A stretch of 58,373 bases of DNA, counting the filler, from a bacterium (lineage in GTDB: Bacteria > CLD3 > SB21), in assembly GCA_013360215.1 (NCBI GenBank). It is 3 parts of 3 records of this genome, joined end to end, with 100 filler letters (N's around TTAATTAATTAA, not from the genome) between each part and the next. Parts side by side here need not be neighbours in the genome. Positions count along the whole stretch, not along the records: positions 1 to 19,972 come from JABWCP010000037.1; positions 20,073 to 39,829 come from JABWCP010000038.1; 1 more part is not named here. The stretch is one strand, 5' to 3'. Within the stretch, counting starts at the first letter, position 1, and every line of letters begins with the position of its first letter. The position numbers were made by a program, and so were the translations under genes. Of the stretch, positions 19,875-28,596 are shown piece after piece. The notes under the pieces were generated by a model. It was not told the DNA's origin, made no database searches, and was given only the letters and a program-made list of their open reading frames with translations.

Positions 19875-19972
19875 TGGGAAACGGAAGCAACATCGTACCC
19901 CCCTTTGGATAGAAGGGAAAGAAGGATTGAGATTGGTGATAGAACATTGCAGGAAGTCTTGCGAGCGTAGCG
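19875..19972. mobile_element. Terminus of a multicopy element, copy 1 (truncated by contig end)
   Basis: 98 nt identical to 39731-39828; begins TGGGAAACGG; contig breaks inside it. Confidence 0.75.
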
Positions 19973-20072
19973 NNNNNNNNNNNNNNNNNNNNNNNNNNNN
20001 NNNNNNNNNNNNNNNNTTAATTAATTAANNNNNNNNNNNNNNNNNNNNNNNNNNNNNNNNNNNNNNNNNNNN
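19973..20072. other. Artificial contig spacer
   Basis: N run with TTAATTAATTAA (stops in all frames) at 20017-20028. Confidence 0.98.
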
Positions 20073-20169
20073 TGATCGCTGCCGTCAATGTCGTCTTACC
20101 GTGATCCACGTGGCCTATCGTGCCCACATTCACGTGCGGCTTTGAACGGTTAAATTTCTCTTTTGCCAT
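20073..20169 (-). CDS. tuf: Elongation factor Tu, 5' fragment cut by contig end
   Basis: [41 protein letters not shown]. Confidence 0.97.
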
Positions 20170-20214
20170 GGCATCTCCTCGTATTGAGTGTCAAGAGTAA
20201 GTTGATGTTGTTCG

Positions 20215-20291
20215 TGGAGCCTGAGATCGGAATTGAACCGATGACCTCGTCCTTACCAAGGACGCGCTCTAACCATCTGAGCTACACAGGC
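20215..20291 (-). tRNA. tRNA-Thr(GGT)
   Basis: Cloverleaf GCCTGTG...CTCAGGC-T-CCA; anticodon arm CGTCC-TTGGTAA-GGACG; GGTTCAATTCC T-arm. Confidence 0.95.
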
Positions 20292-20312
20292 TTTGCAATA
20301 CTGCATTTATCG

Positions 20313-20385
20313 AGCGGGAGACGAGACTCGAACTCGCGACATCTTGCTTGGAAGGCAAGAACTCTACCAACTGAGTTACTCCCGC
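20313..20385 (-). tRNA. tRNA-Gly(TCC), CCA not encoded
   Basis: GCGGGAG...CTCCCGC-T; anticodon arm CTTGC-CTTCCAA-GCAAG. Confidence 0.95.
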
Positions 20386-20514
20386 AATTACATACAAAAT
20401 AATTTTTTTTAAAGAGCTTTTTTCGTTGGACAAGTAGCCTTTTCTAAGTTCAACACATGCTACACTTAAGAGCGAAAAGCTAATAAAAATATATAGTTAT
20501 CCAAACGAGGTGCA

Positions 20515-20543
20515 AATATATACAAAAAGCCCTCGCATGTCAA
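20515..20543 (-). promoter_or_regulatory. Sigma70-type promoter for tRNA-tuf
   Basis: TTGACA-N17-TATATT followed by TGCACCTCG. Confidence 0.8.
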
Positions 20544-20623
20544 GCATTTTCTTGTTTTTGTTGCTTTTAATGGATGTTTAAAACGGTAGGAAATGAAAAA
20601 TGTGTCAAGACCTGAAAAAATAG

Positions 20624-20739
20624 AAAGATTGCCTCAAAAGCTTAATTCGAACGTATAGAATGTGAAATTTATTTTTTTCAAAATTAAAACAAATACCACA
20701 TCTGTCCGCTTTCAAAAAAGAGCTCTTAAGGCAACCTTT
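20624..20739. repeat. Degenerate inverted repeat (MITE-like)
   Basis: AAAGATTGCCTCAAAAGCT...AGCTCTTAAGGCAACCTTT, 16/19 complementary. Confidence 0.45.
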
Positions 20740-20761
20740 TATTTAGGCAAAATATCGCGAA

Positions 20762-21940
20762 TTACTGATTTATCTGAACAAATTCCACTTTGGCCTGTAC
20801 CGTGGAACCTTCGGCGTTAAGCAATACTAAACCGACATTAGCAGTTTCAGGAAATTCGGTTTCAAATGTAGCGTATTCTACCCAGTCGTCGGCGATCGTG
20901 CTGTAGTAAGCCGTCCAAGTATAGCCTTTACGCACAAGTTTGAGATAACCAAAATCCTTAAATGCTTCAATACTTTTTTCAGTGCGCGGTACTTCGATGC
21001 CGCCGGCATAACCTTCTACATACACATACGCGCCGTTATAAAACACAAACGCACGTACATTTTGATTGCCATTGTGAGCCGTAAGTCCAAACCCGGCACT
21101 ATAGTAGCGCGACCAATCCATTTTTACTTTTACTATGGCTTCAAAATCCCCTTTTACGTTGGGTAACTCAAGGCGCGGGGCGCTCTTATTCGGTTCTTGC
21201 GGATTCCAATATTCGCCGGAAGCGATAGACACTGTCATATGGCCGTCACCCAGAAAACTGTATTTGGAGTTTTGATCTTGATCTGTCCATTTATAGCTCC
21301 CAAGTGATTTGGACTTGAAATCTGTAACCCCGCTTCCACCATTGGGCGCACTGTTAACCGTCGAATTAACTGAAGTCGCTTTTGTGGACGGTGTTGTAGA
21401 AACTGGCGTTGACGTCTTTGGCGATACGACAGGTTTTTCGCTCTCTTCTGGCGTGACCGCCTCCGTGGCCGGTTCTTCACCTACCTCTTCATCTACACGC
21501 ACTATTATGACATCCGGATCTTTTTTCGTTTGCGCATTGAGCATTGCTACGGCACCCATCGCGGCTGAACGATTGCGATCCATCATTTTCTGTTTGGCAT
21601 AATCTTTATCCAACGTTTCAATAGGAATAAGAGCTAAAACATAATAATATTTTGTTGCCGGATCCTGATAATAGGCTTCAAAACGTAACGACGTCATAGC
21701 ACCTTTGACGTCTTTTTTGGGATATTTGTTACGAAGCAGTTTTTCGAGAGCTGCTTTAGATTTTTTTTCGGCTTTTTCTTTGGCTTTATCAGGCCGGCTG
21801 TCTTTAGCAACGCCTACGGAAACAAAATTTTCGGCCGAATAGGAACCGGGGTTATCCACCCAAGTCGGTTTTTGTGCAAATACGGACGAAGACCCAATCA
21901 GCAACGTCCCGAGCATCAAAAAAAACAAATTTCTTTTCAT
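20762..21940 (-). CDS. Exported hypothetical protein with Thr/Ser/Pro linker and ConA/DUF1349-like C-terminal beta-sandwich
   Basis: Signal peptide MKRNLFF...VFA; KPTWV...VGVA N-domain; SAPRL...GDF...YLKLVRKG..WTAYYS...W C-domain; start ATG 21940 with GAGGAG. Confidence 0.6.
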   Translation of the reverse strand: MKRNLFFLMLGTLLIGSSSVFAQKPTWVDNPGSYSAENFVSVGVAKDSRPDKAKEKAEKKSKAALEKLLRNKYPKKDVKGAMTSLRFEAYYQDPATKYYYVLALIPIETLDKDYAKQKMMDRNRSAAMGAVAMLNAQTKKDPDVIIVRVDEEVGEEPATEAVTPEESEKPVVSPKTSTPVSTTPSTKATSVNSTVNSAPNGGSGVTDFKSKSLGSYKWTDQDQNSKYSFLGDGHMTVSIASGEYWNPQEPNKSAPRLELPNVKGDFEAIVKVKMDWSRYYSAGFGLTAHNGNQNVRAFVFYNGAYVYVEGYAGGIEVPRTEKSIEAFKDFGYLKLVRKGYTWTAYYSTIADDWVEYATFETEFPETANVGLVLLNAEGSTVQAKVEFVQINQ

Positions 21941-21981
21941 GTATGTCTCCTCTGAGTATAGTTCTGAACGGATATACATAC

Positions 21982-23535
21982 TTAATGAAAGTATGAGGTA
22001 AACGATTGTATCATATTATCCAATCTTTCTTGCGTACGCGCTTCGGCTATTATACGCATGATCGGTTCGGTATTGGACTTGCGAAAATGAATCCATCCGT
22101 CTTCGAAAATAATTTTAACACCATCCACCGTATCTACGCGGCCTTTTTTCTGATCCTTAAGTATTTTGGTCATGACAGCATCGGCATCAATATCATGCAA
22201 TTCGATTTTATCTTTTTTCATGATAAAATAAGGAAGCTCGGCTACACATTCTGAAAACGGTTTATTTTTTTGTAATACATACTGTAAGGCAAGAGCAATC
22301 CCGGTACATGCATCGCGGCCAAGATGAATTTCCGGTAAGATCACGCCTCCGTTACCTTCGCCGCCGATGACGGAGTCTATCTCTTCCATTTTGATGGAAA
22401 CATTGATTTCACCAATACGTGTATGATGAGTTTGAACGCCGTACATGGAGGCAATTTGATCTATGCCCATAGTGGTAGATGCGTTGACGACAACCGGGCC
22501 CTTTTTGCGTGATAAAACGAGGTCCGTTGCGATCATTAAGGTCAATTCTTCACCGATGGCTTGGCCTTTTTCGTTGACCAATGCCAACCTATCAACATCA
22601 GGATCAACGGCAAAACCAATATGGGCTTGATGTTGGCGAACCGTTTCTTCGAGTGCTTTTAGATTATCAACAGATGGCTCCGGATTACGAGGAAACACGC
22701 CATGCGGTTCTTCATTGATCACCACTACGTTACACCCCAGTTCTTTGAGAAGTCTGGGCACGATCACGCCGCCTGCGCCATTCACGCAGTCCACTACAAC
22801 TTTAAAGTTACGTTTTCGCAGCGCCTCCACATCGATGTATTCTAGTTCTAGAATATGATCAATATGATTTTGAATGGCGTGATCATAATAGTTGATTTTT
22901 CCGATGCGATCCCATGTTGCAAGCAAGGTGGATTTACGATCCGCTATTTCGAGTACCTCATTCATCTGACTCTGTGTCAAAAAACGCCCCCTAGGTCCGA
23001 TCAGTTTCAGCGCGTTCCATTGGATGGGATTATGGCTTGCAGTGATGGCAATACCGCCGTGCGCGTTCATATCATTGACTGTGATCTCTACCGTCGGCGT
23101 AGGTACTATACCGATGTCTACGATTTTACATCCCGCGGCAAGCAATGTACCGGTCACGAGTGTTTTGACCATCTCGCCGGACACCCGCGAATCCCGACCG
23201 ACAACAACCGTACCGCCATTACACCACGTGCCAAAAGCGGCCGCGTATTTTGTGATCACTTCCGGCGTAAGACTTTCACCGATGATACCACGTATGCCGG
23301 AAACGCTAACCATCAGCGTTCCGGTTTCTTTTGGTGCGGTGTGTGAAGACGGTTTGACCGGTAGTGACTTGTTTCCGTTTCTGTATTTTTCAGAGAGTAT
23401 CTTTGTTAGTCGGCCTTTAGATTGAATTTGAACAGTTTTTCCATCTCCCCCAGAGGCACCGTTATGTTTCTTCTTTAGAGGAAGGTCTTTGGTCGATCTT
23501 GATTTCGCTTTTTGGGGTGTTTTACTTTTTTTCAT
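21982..23535 (-). CDS. glmM: Phosphoglucosamine mutase / phosphohexomutase
   Basis: SVSGIRG, GRDSR, ITASHNP, DPDVDR, GGEGNGG, RKSNTEP. Confidence 0.85.
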   Translation of the reverse strand: MKKSKTPQKAKSRSTKDLPLKKKHNGASGGDGKTVQIQSKGRLTKILSEKYRNGNKSLPVKPSSHTAPKETGTLMVSVSGIRGIIGESLTPEVITKYAAAFGTWCNGGTVVVGRDSRVSGEMVKTLVTGTLLAAGCKIVDIGIVPTPTVEITVNDMNAHGGIAITASHNPIQWNALKLIGPRGRFLTQSQMNEVLEIADRKSTLLATWDRIGKINYYDHAIQNHIDHILELEYIDVEALRKRNFKVVVDCVNGAGGVIVPRLLKELGCNVVVINEEPHGVFPRNPEPSVDNLKALEETVRQHQAHIGFAVDPDVDRLALVNEKGQAIGEELTLMIATDLVLSRKKGPVVVNASTTMGIDQIASMYGVQTHHTRIGEINVSIKMEEIDSVIGGEGNGGVILPEIHLGRDACTGIALALQYVLQKNKPFSECVAELPYFIMKKDKIELHDIDADAVMTKILKDQKKGRVDTVDGVKIIFEDGWIHFRKSNTEPIMRIIAEARTQERLDNMIQSFTSYFH

Positions 23536-23553
23536 CGTTGAATTTCTAAAAAA

Positions 23554-26151
23554 TTACATCGACACGAGTTCGTTTACTTTTGCTAATGCAGCATCCAGTT
23601 TGGAAATATCCTTAATACCAGCCGTTGCCGAATGCGGTCTGCCCCCGCCGCTTCCTCCGGCTATTTGTGCAATAGCTTTTACCAGATTTCCGGCGTGCAG
23701 TTTTTTATCACGGATCAGATCATCACTGACCACACAAAGGATCGTATCTTGGGTGGCGAGGACACCTACACCGGAAGTCAATTTCTCACGCAGCTGATCA
23801 CCCACCGCACGCAATTCCGTTCCTGACGGCAATGTTATTTTGCGAGTAATTACTTTAAATCCGTTAACCATAACGGCGGATGCAATCAAACCGTCTAATT
23901 GGCTAGTCACACTTTGCAGACGAAGATCCGACAGTTCTTTTTCAAGAAGTTTACGATCATTGATCAAAGATTCGATGCGTTCCGAGATTTCTTCCGGTTT
24001 ACAATTGAGCGTGTGCCGTAATGATTCTTGCAATGCATATTGATTTCGGAATAATCCCTCCGCGACGGATCCGGTAATGGCTTCAATCCGGCGCACACCG
24101 GAGGCGATGCTGGATTCGGACACGATTTTGAAAAAACCGATTTTCCCCGTCGAGGGCACGTGCGTGCCGCCGCAAAATTCTTTGCTGTATTCGCCAAACT
24201 GCACCACATTGACAAATTCACCGTACTTGTCTCCGAAAAACGATAACGCGCCCATTTTTTTCGCATCGGCGATCGGTATATTGCGATGGTGCTGCAAAGC
24301 AATGTTTTCAAATACTTTTTCCTGCACCATGGTTTCGATTTTCTTCAACTGGTCATCCGTGATTTTTTCAAAATGCGAAAAATCAAATCGTAAACGATAA
24401 GGCTCAACTACGGAACCGGACTGATGAACGTGTTCACCGAGAACTGAACGCAGTGCCGAATGCAATAAATGCGTGGCCGAATGATTTTTGATGGTCGGCT
24501 CGCGATGATCTTTGGAAACGGAAAGCTGTGCGGATGCGGCTGACGATAATGAAAAATTCTCAAAATCATCCGCAAAATGCACGACGTCATCCCCCACACG
24601 CTGCGTATCCCAAATTTCAAATACATGGTTTCCGATCGTCACCGTACCTTTGTCACCGACCTGACCGCCGGACTCCGCGTAGAAAGGCGTTTGATCAAAT
24701 ACCATTTGTATCAATTTACCATCACGGAAATATTTCAACGGTTTGGCCTGACTTTCCAAAACATCATACCCGATAAATTTGGTTTTAACCTCGGATCCGA
24801 ACGTTTCCCATTTTATCTCTTTATTGATAAATATTTTTTTTCCTTCGTCACGCGAACGTTGTTTTTGCGCCTTCATTTCTTCCGTAAACTTTTCTTCATC
24901 CACAGAAAGGCCGCGCTCGGTCGCCATCACACGCGTCATATCCGCCGGAAATCCGAACGTATCATAAAGTTTGAATACATCCGCACCCGGTATTTGTTTT
25001 ATGCCTTTAGATTCCAATTTGCGTGCCATGTCTTCAAAAACTTCGATACCGCGATCAAGTGTTTTATTAAAATTTTCTTCCTCGGTTTTGATTACGCGCT
25101 CGACAAACTCCTGTCGTGCACGGATTTCAGGAAAAGCATCACCCATCGCACCAACGACATTGGCAACAAGCTTGTAAATAAACGGTTCATGCAATTCGAG
25201 TTTACGACCATATAATGCAGCCCTCCGCAGAATGCGCCGCAAAACATAACCTCGGCCGTCGTTGCCCGGAATAGCACCATCCGTTATAGAAAACGTCAAC
25301 ATGCGGATGTGGTCGGCAATGACACGAAACGGCGCCTGAATCGCGGATTCGGCGTAATTTTTTCCCGCTACTTTTTCAATTCCTGAAATAATATCAGTAA
25401 ACAAATCAATATCGTAGTTCGAAGTTTTACCCTGTAAAACCCGTGCAACGCGTTCAAAACCGGCACCGGTATCAACGTGTTTAGCCGGTAGTTCAGTCAG
25501 GCTGCGATCGGCATTTCGATTAAACTGTATGAACACCAGATTCCAGAGTTCGATCACTTCGGGTGACCCGGCATTGACCAATTTGCCGCCATTCCCGTCC
25601 GGTGTAAGATCAATATGTATTTCTGAACACGGCCCGCACGGTCCCGTATCGCCCATTTCCCAAAAATTATCTTTTTCTCCAAATCGCAAAATATGATCCG
25701 GATTGATATCCGTAACTTTTTTCCAAGTTTCGACCGCTTCATCGTCCGTCTTGTACACGGTTGCATAAAGGCGATCTTTAGGCAACCCCCACTGCTTCGT
25801 AAAAAGTTCCCATGCCCACTGTATCGCTTCGGTCTTATAATAATCCCCAAATGACCAGTTACCCAACATTTCAAAAAATGTATGGTGGTATGTATCGTGC
25901 CCTACTTCTTCGAGATCGTTGTGTTTGCCGCTGACGCGGATACATTTTTGCGAATTGGCCGCTCGTGTATAGTCTCGTTTTTCGGTACCCAAAAAAATGG
26001 GCTTAAACTGGTTCATCCCTGCATTAGTAAAAAGTAACGTCGGATCGTCATTAGGAACAACCGGACTGGATGGTACAAAACGATGCCCGCGCTCTTCAAA
26101 AAAACGGATAAATTGACTACGAATTTCTTTCGCCGTAAGAACATGTGCCAT
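23554..26151 (-). CDS. alaS: Alanine-tRNA ligase
   Basis: LLFTNAGMNQFK, FFEMLGNWSFGDY, NHSATHLLH, EFCGGTH, GGSGGGRP. Confidence 0.99.
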   Translation of the reverse strand: MAHVLTAKEIRSQFIRFFEERGHRFVPSSPVVPNDDPTLLFTNAGMNQFKPIFLGTEKRDYTRAANSQKCIRVSGKHNDLEEVGHDTYHHTFFEMLGNWSFGDYYKTEAIQWAWELFTKQWGLPKDRLYATVYKTDDEAVETWKKVTDINPDHILRFGEKDNFWEMGDTGPCGPCSEIHIDLTPDGNGGKLVNAGSPEVIELWNLVFIQFNRNADRSLTELPAKHVDTGAGFERVARVLQGKTSNYDIDLFTDIISGIEKVAGKNYAESAIQAPFRVIADHIRMLTFSITDGAIPGNDGRGYVLRRILRRAALYGRKLELHEPFIYKLVANVVGAMGDAFPEIRARQEFVERVIKTEEENFNKTLDRGIEVFEDMARKLESKGIKQIPGADVFKLYDTFGFPADMTRVMATERGLSVDEEKFTEEMKAQKQRSRDEGKKIFINKEIKWETFGSEVKTKFIGYDVLESQAKPLKYFRDGKLIQMVFDQTPFYAESGGQVGDKGTVTIGNHVFEIWDTQRVGDDVVHFADDFENFSLSSAASAQLSVSKDHREPTIKNHSATHLLHSALRSVLGEHVHQSGSVVEPYRLRFDFSHFEKITDDQLKKIETMVQEKVFENIALQHHRNIPIADAKKMGALSFFGDKYGEFVNVVQFGEYSKEFCGGTHVPSTGKIGFFKIVSESSIASGVRRIEAITGSVAEGLFRNQYALQESLRHTLNCKPEEISERIESLINDRKLLEKELSDLRLQSVTSQLDGLIASAVMVNGFKVITRKITLPSGTELRAVGDQLREKLTSGVGVLATQDTILCVVSDDLIRDKKLHAGNLVKAIAQIAGGSGGGRPHSATAGIKDISKLDAALAKVNELVSM

Positions 26152-26245
26152 GAAATCTATTATAACTCCAAATAATTGATTTTACAGATATAAATATATA
26201 AACGCTATGCGGATTATCAAAACAATTTCAAATAAAATCGGCAAT

Positions 26246-26977
26246 TTAGACCTTGCGTGCGATTAGTCGCACAAAACCTTTAGACGTTTCGGACCATGTT
26301 ATTCGCAGACCGTTGGACTCCAAAACCCCTTTCATCCAATCCACCGAGAGCCTCAATTTAGGATAAACACTTATTTTATGCTCCCATTTTTCGCTAATCC
26401 TGATATTTAAAATATCGTGCACATAAACTTTTTCGGGAGCATACTCAACAAAACACGTAAATATCTTTTCTGCATCTGATCGAACCGGAATAAACCGTGA
26501 AACACCTGAAAGTTCCACGCTGTAATCGCGAAAAGATAAAATAAAGGAACCTCCGGGAACTGTTTTTTCGGAGCATAGTCTGATAGATTTATAAATATCT
26601 TCTTTGGAACCAAAGTGTGTAATCGTATCTCCCATACAAACAATTACTTCAAATTCTTTTGTTGTAACTTCTAAAAATCTTAGAATATCCGAATTATAAA
26701 CTTCAATTTTTCGATCTTTAGTACGTGCTCCCAATTCGGAGCAAAGTTTATCACTTATATCAACACTCAAAACATCAAAACCTAAATCATTTAGTGCTAA
26801 TGTTTGAAACCCGCTACCTGCTCCCAAGTCCAAAGCTGTACCTTTGCTGGATGGGATAATACCTTGTTCCTTAAAAAACTTAAGATTTTCAGAGTATTGG
26901 GCATCAAACCCGCCATACATCCAAGTATAGACATCTGCCAATAGCTGGTCGTAATGTCTTTTGACAATTTCTGACAT
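26246..26977 (-). CDS. Class I SAM-dependent methyltransferase
   Basis: ALDLGAGSG motif I, VDIS, IVCMGDT, PGG; AT-rich. Confidence 0.88.
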   Translation of the reverse strand: MSEIVKRHYDQLLADVYTWMYGGFDAQYSENLKFFKEQGIIPSSKGTALDLGAGSGFQTLALNDLGFDVLSVDISDKLCSELGARTKDRKIEVYNSDILRFLEVTTKEFEVIVCMGDTITHFGSKEDIYKSIRLCSEKTVPGGSFILSFRDYSVELSGVSRFIPVRSDAEKIFTCFVEYAPEKVYVHDILNIRISEKWEHKISVYPKLRLSVDWMKGVLESNGLRITWSETSKGFVRLIARKV

Positions 26978-27027
26978 ATCTTTTTTTTAAAACTGTGCGA
27001 AGTAAGGCTTAAGGAGTGTTTTACGGA

Positions 27028-27381
27028 TTACAGTTGCTTTAAGAGCGTCTCTATATCCAGTCGGATATCTTCGATCAGATGATGTGCTTTTTCCCTATTA
27101 TTATTGTTTTGAGGAACCGGTACAACCGGGAGTTGTTCTGTATCCCCCAACATTCTTTTTTTGGCGCCTTCGATCGTAAACTTATCCTCGTACAGTAGTT
27201 TCTTTATTTTGAGGATATTATCTATGTCGTCTTCCGTATAAACTCTGTTACCGGAACGGTTTTTAAGCGGCTTCAGCGCATCAAATTCCGTTTCCCAATA
27301 CCGAAGTACATACTGCTTCAGATCGGTTTTTTCACAAACTTCACTGATCGTATAGTATATTTTTTTGATCGGTTCGGTCAT
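27028..27381 (-). CDS. MerR family HTH regulator
   Basis: YYTISEV...VLRYWETEF...NRVY...FTIEGAK. Confidence 0.9.
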   Translation of the reverse strand: MTEPIKKIYYTISEVCEKTDLKQYVLRYWETEFDALKPLKNRSGNRVYTEDDIDNILKIKKLLYEDKFTIEGAKKRMLGDTEQLPVVPVPQNNNNREKAHHLIEDIRLDIETLLKQL

Positions 27382-27404
27382 AGATTCACTCCGGACTAGG
27401 CTTT

Positions 27405-27442
27405 AAAACAAGAGCGGCAACCTTTTCAGATTACCGCTCTTT
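27405..27442 (-). terminator. Terminator after ald
   Basis: AAGAGCGGCAA...TTACCGCTCTT hairpin with adjacent A run. Confidence 0.65.
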
Positions 27443-27452
27443 GTATAAACGA

Positions 27453-28568
27453 TTATTTGACGACTTGTTCTACCGGAACATAAGGAAGGTCAAACGCATC
27501 AGCGACGCCTTTATAAACGACTTTTCCATTGAGGATATTGCATCCGAGTAAAAGTTCGTGATTGTCTTTGACGGCTTTCTCCCAGCCTTTATTGGCCAAT
27601 TGTACGGCATACGGCAGTGTTGCATTGGTCAAAGCGACCGTCGACGTAAACGGAACCGCACCGGGCATATTGGCAACGCAATAGTGTACGATACCGTCTA
27701 TGTTGTAGATCGGTTCTTCGTGTGTCGTAGGTTTAGTTGTTTCAACGCAACCACCCTGATCCACAGCCACATCCACGATTACGGCACCGGGTTTCATGGT
27801 TTTTAGCATATCGCGTGTAATAAGGTGCGGGGCTTTGGCTCCGGGTATCAAAACAGCACCGATCACGAGATCGGCATGTTTGATCACTTCGGCGATATTA
27901 TAGCTATTGGACATCATGGTATGTACGTTTTTGGGCATAATATCATCCAAATAACGCAAACGATACAAATCAATATCCATCATAATGACACGCGCACCGA
28001 AACCAGCGGCTATTTTTGCAGCGTTGGTACCTACAACACCTCCACCGATCACAACGACGGTTGCGGGTTCAGTGCCGGGAACGCCGCTCAGAAGTAATCC
28101 GCGGCCTCCAAACGTTTTTTCAAGATACTTAGCACCGGCATGGACCGCCATACGTCCTGCTACTTCTGACATCGGATCAAGCAAAGGCAACTTACGATCC
28201 GAACGTTGAACCGTTTCATAAGCGATCGCAATACACTTGGATTTGATCATCGCTTCGGTCAAAGCACGATCGGCAGCAAAGTGAAAATACGTAAATACGA
28301 CCTGATTCTCGCGAATCAATTCGTATTCCGGTTTGATCGGCTCTTTGACTTTGACGATCATATCAGCACGACCGTAAACATCTTTAGGGGTCGGTACGAT
28401 TTCAGCTCCGGCTTTGACATATGCATCATTGTCGAAACCGCTGCCTACACCGGCATTATTTTCGACTATCACAGTATGACCGTGTTTTTTGAGTTCGGCT
28501 ACGCCTACGGGCAAAAGACCGACACGGTTTTCTTTGGTTTTGATTTCCTTAGGTACACCTATAATCAT
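27453..28568 (-). CDS. ald: Alanine dehydrogenase
   Basis: MIIGVPKEIK..ENRV, KVKEP, PMSEVAGR, GGGVVG, VANMPGAVP. Confidence 0.97.
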   Translation of the reverse strand: MIIGVPKEIKTKENRVGLLPVGVAELKKHGHTVIVENNAGVGSGFDNDAYVKAGAEIVPTPKDVYGRADMIVKVKEPIKPEYELIRENQVVFTYFHFAADRALTEAMIKSKCIAIAYETVQRSDRKLPLLDPMSEVAGRMAVHAGAKYLEKTFGGRGLLLSGVPGTEPATVVVIGGGVVGTNAAKIAAGFGARVIMMDIDLYRLRYLDDIMPKNVHTMMSNSYNIAEVIKHADLVIGAVLIPGAKAPHLITRDMLKTMKPGAVIVDVAVDQGGCVETTKPTTHEEPIYNIDGIVHYCVANMPGAVPFTSTVALTNATLPYAVQLANKGWEKAVKDNHELLLGCNILNGKVVYKGVADAFDLPYVPVEQVVK

Positions 28569-28596
28569 GACTTCGTCTCCTAGAATTTGGTCCAGA

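Noticed and set aside
20017-20028. TTAATTAATTAA palindrome within N runs (also 39874-39885)
   Set aside because: Artificial all-frame stop linker; adjacency across it has no biological meaning.
20073-20169. tuf as a pseudogene or as disrupted by the mobile element
   Set aside because: It is cut by a contig end; the element lies on a different contig.
20163-20402. 79-aa ORF
   Set aside because: Antisense to two tRNA genes.
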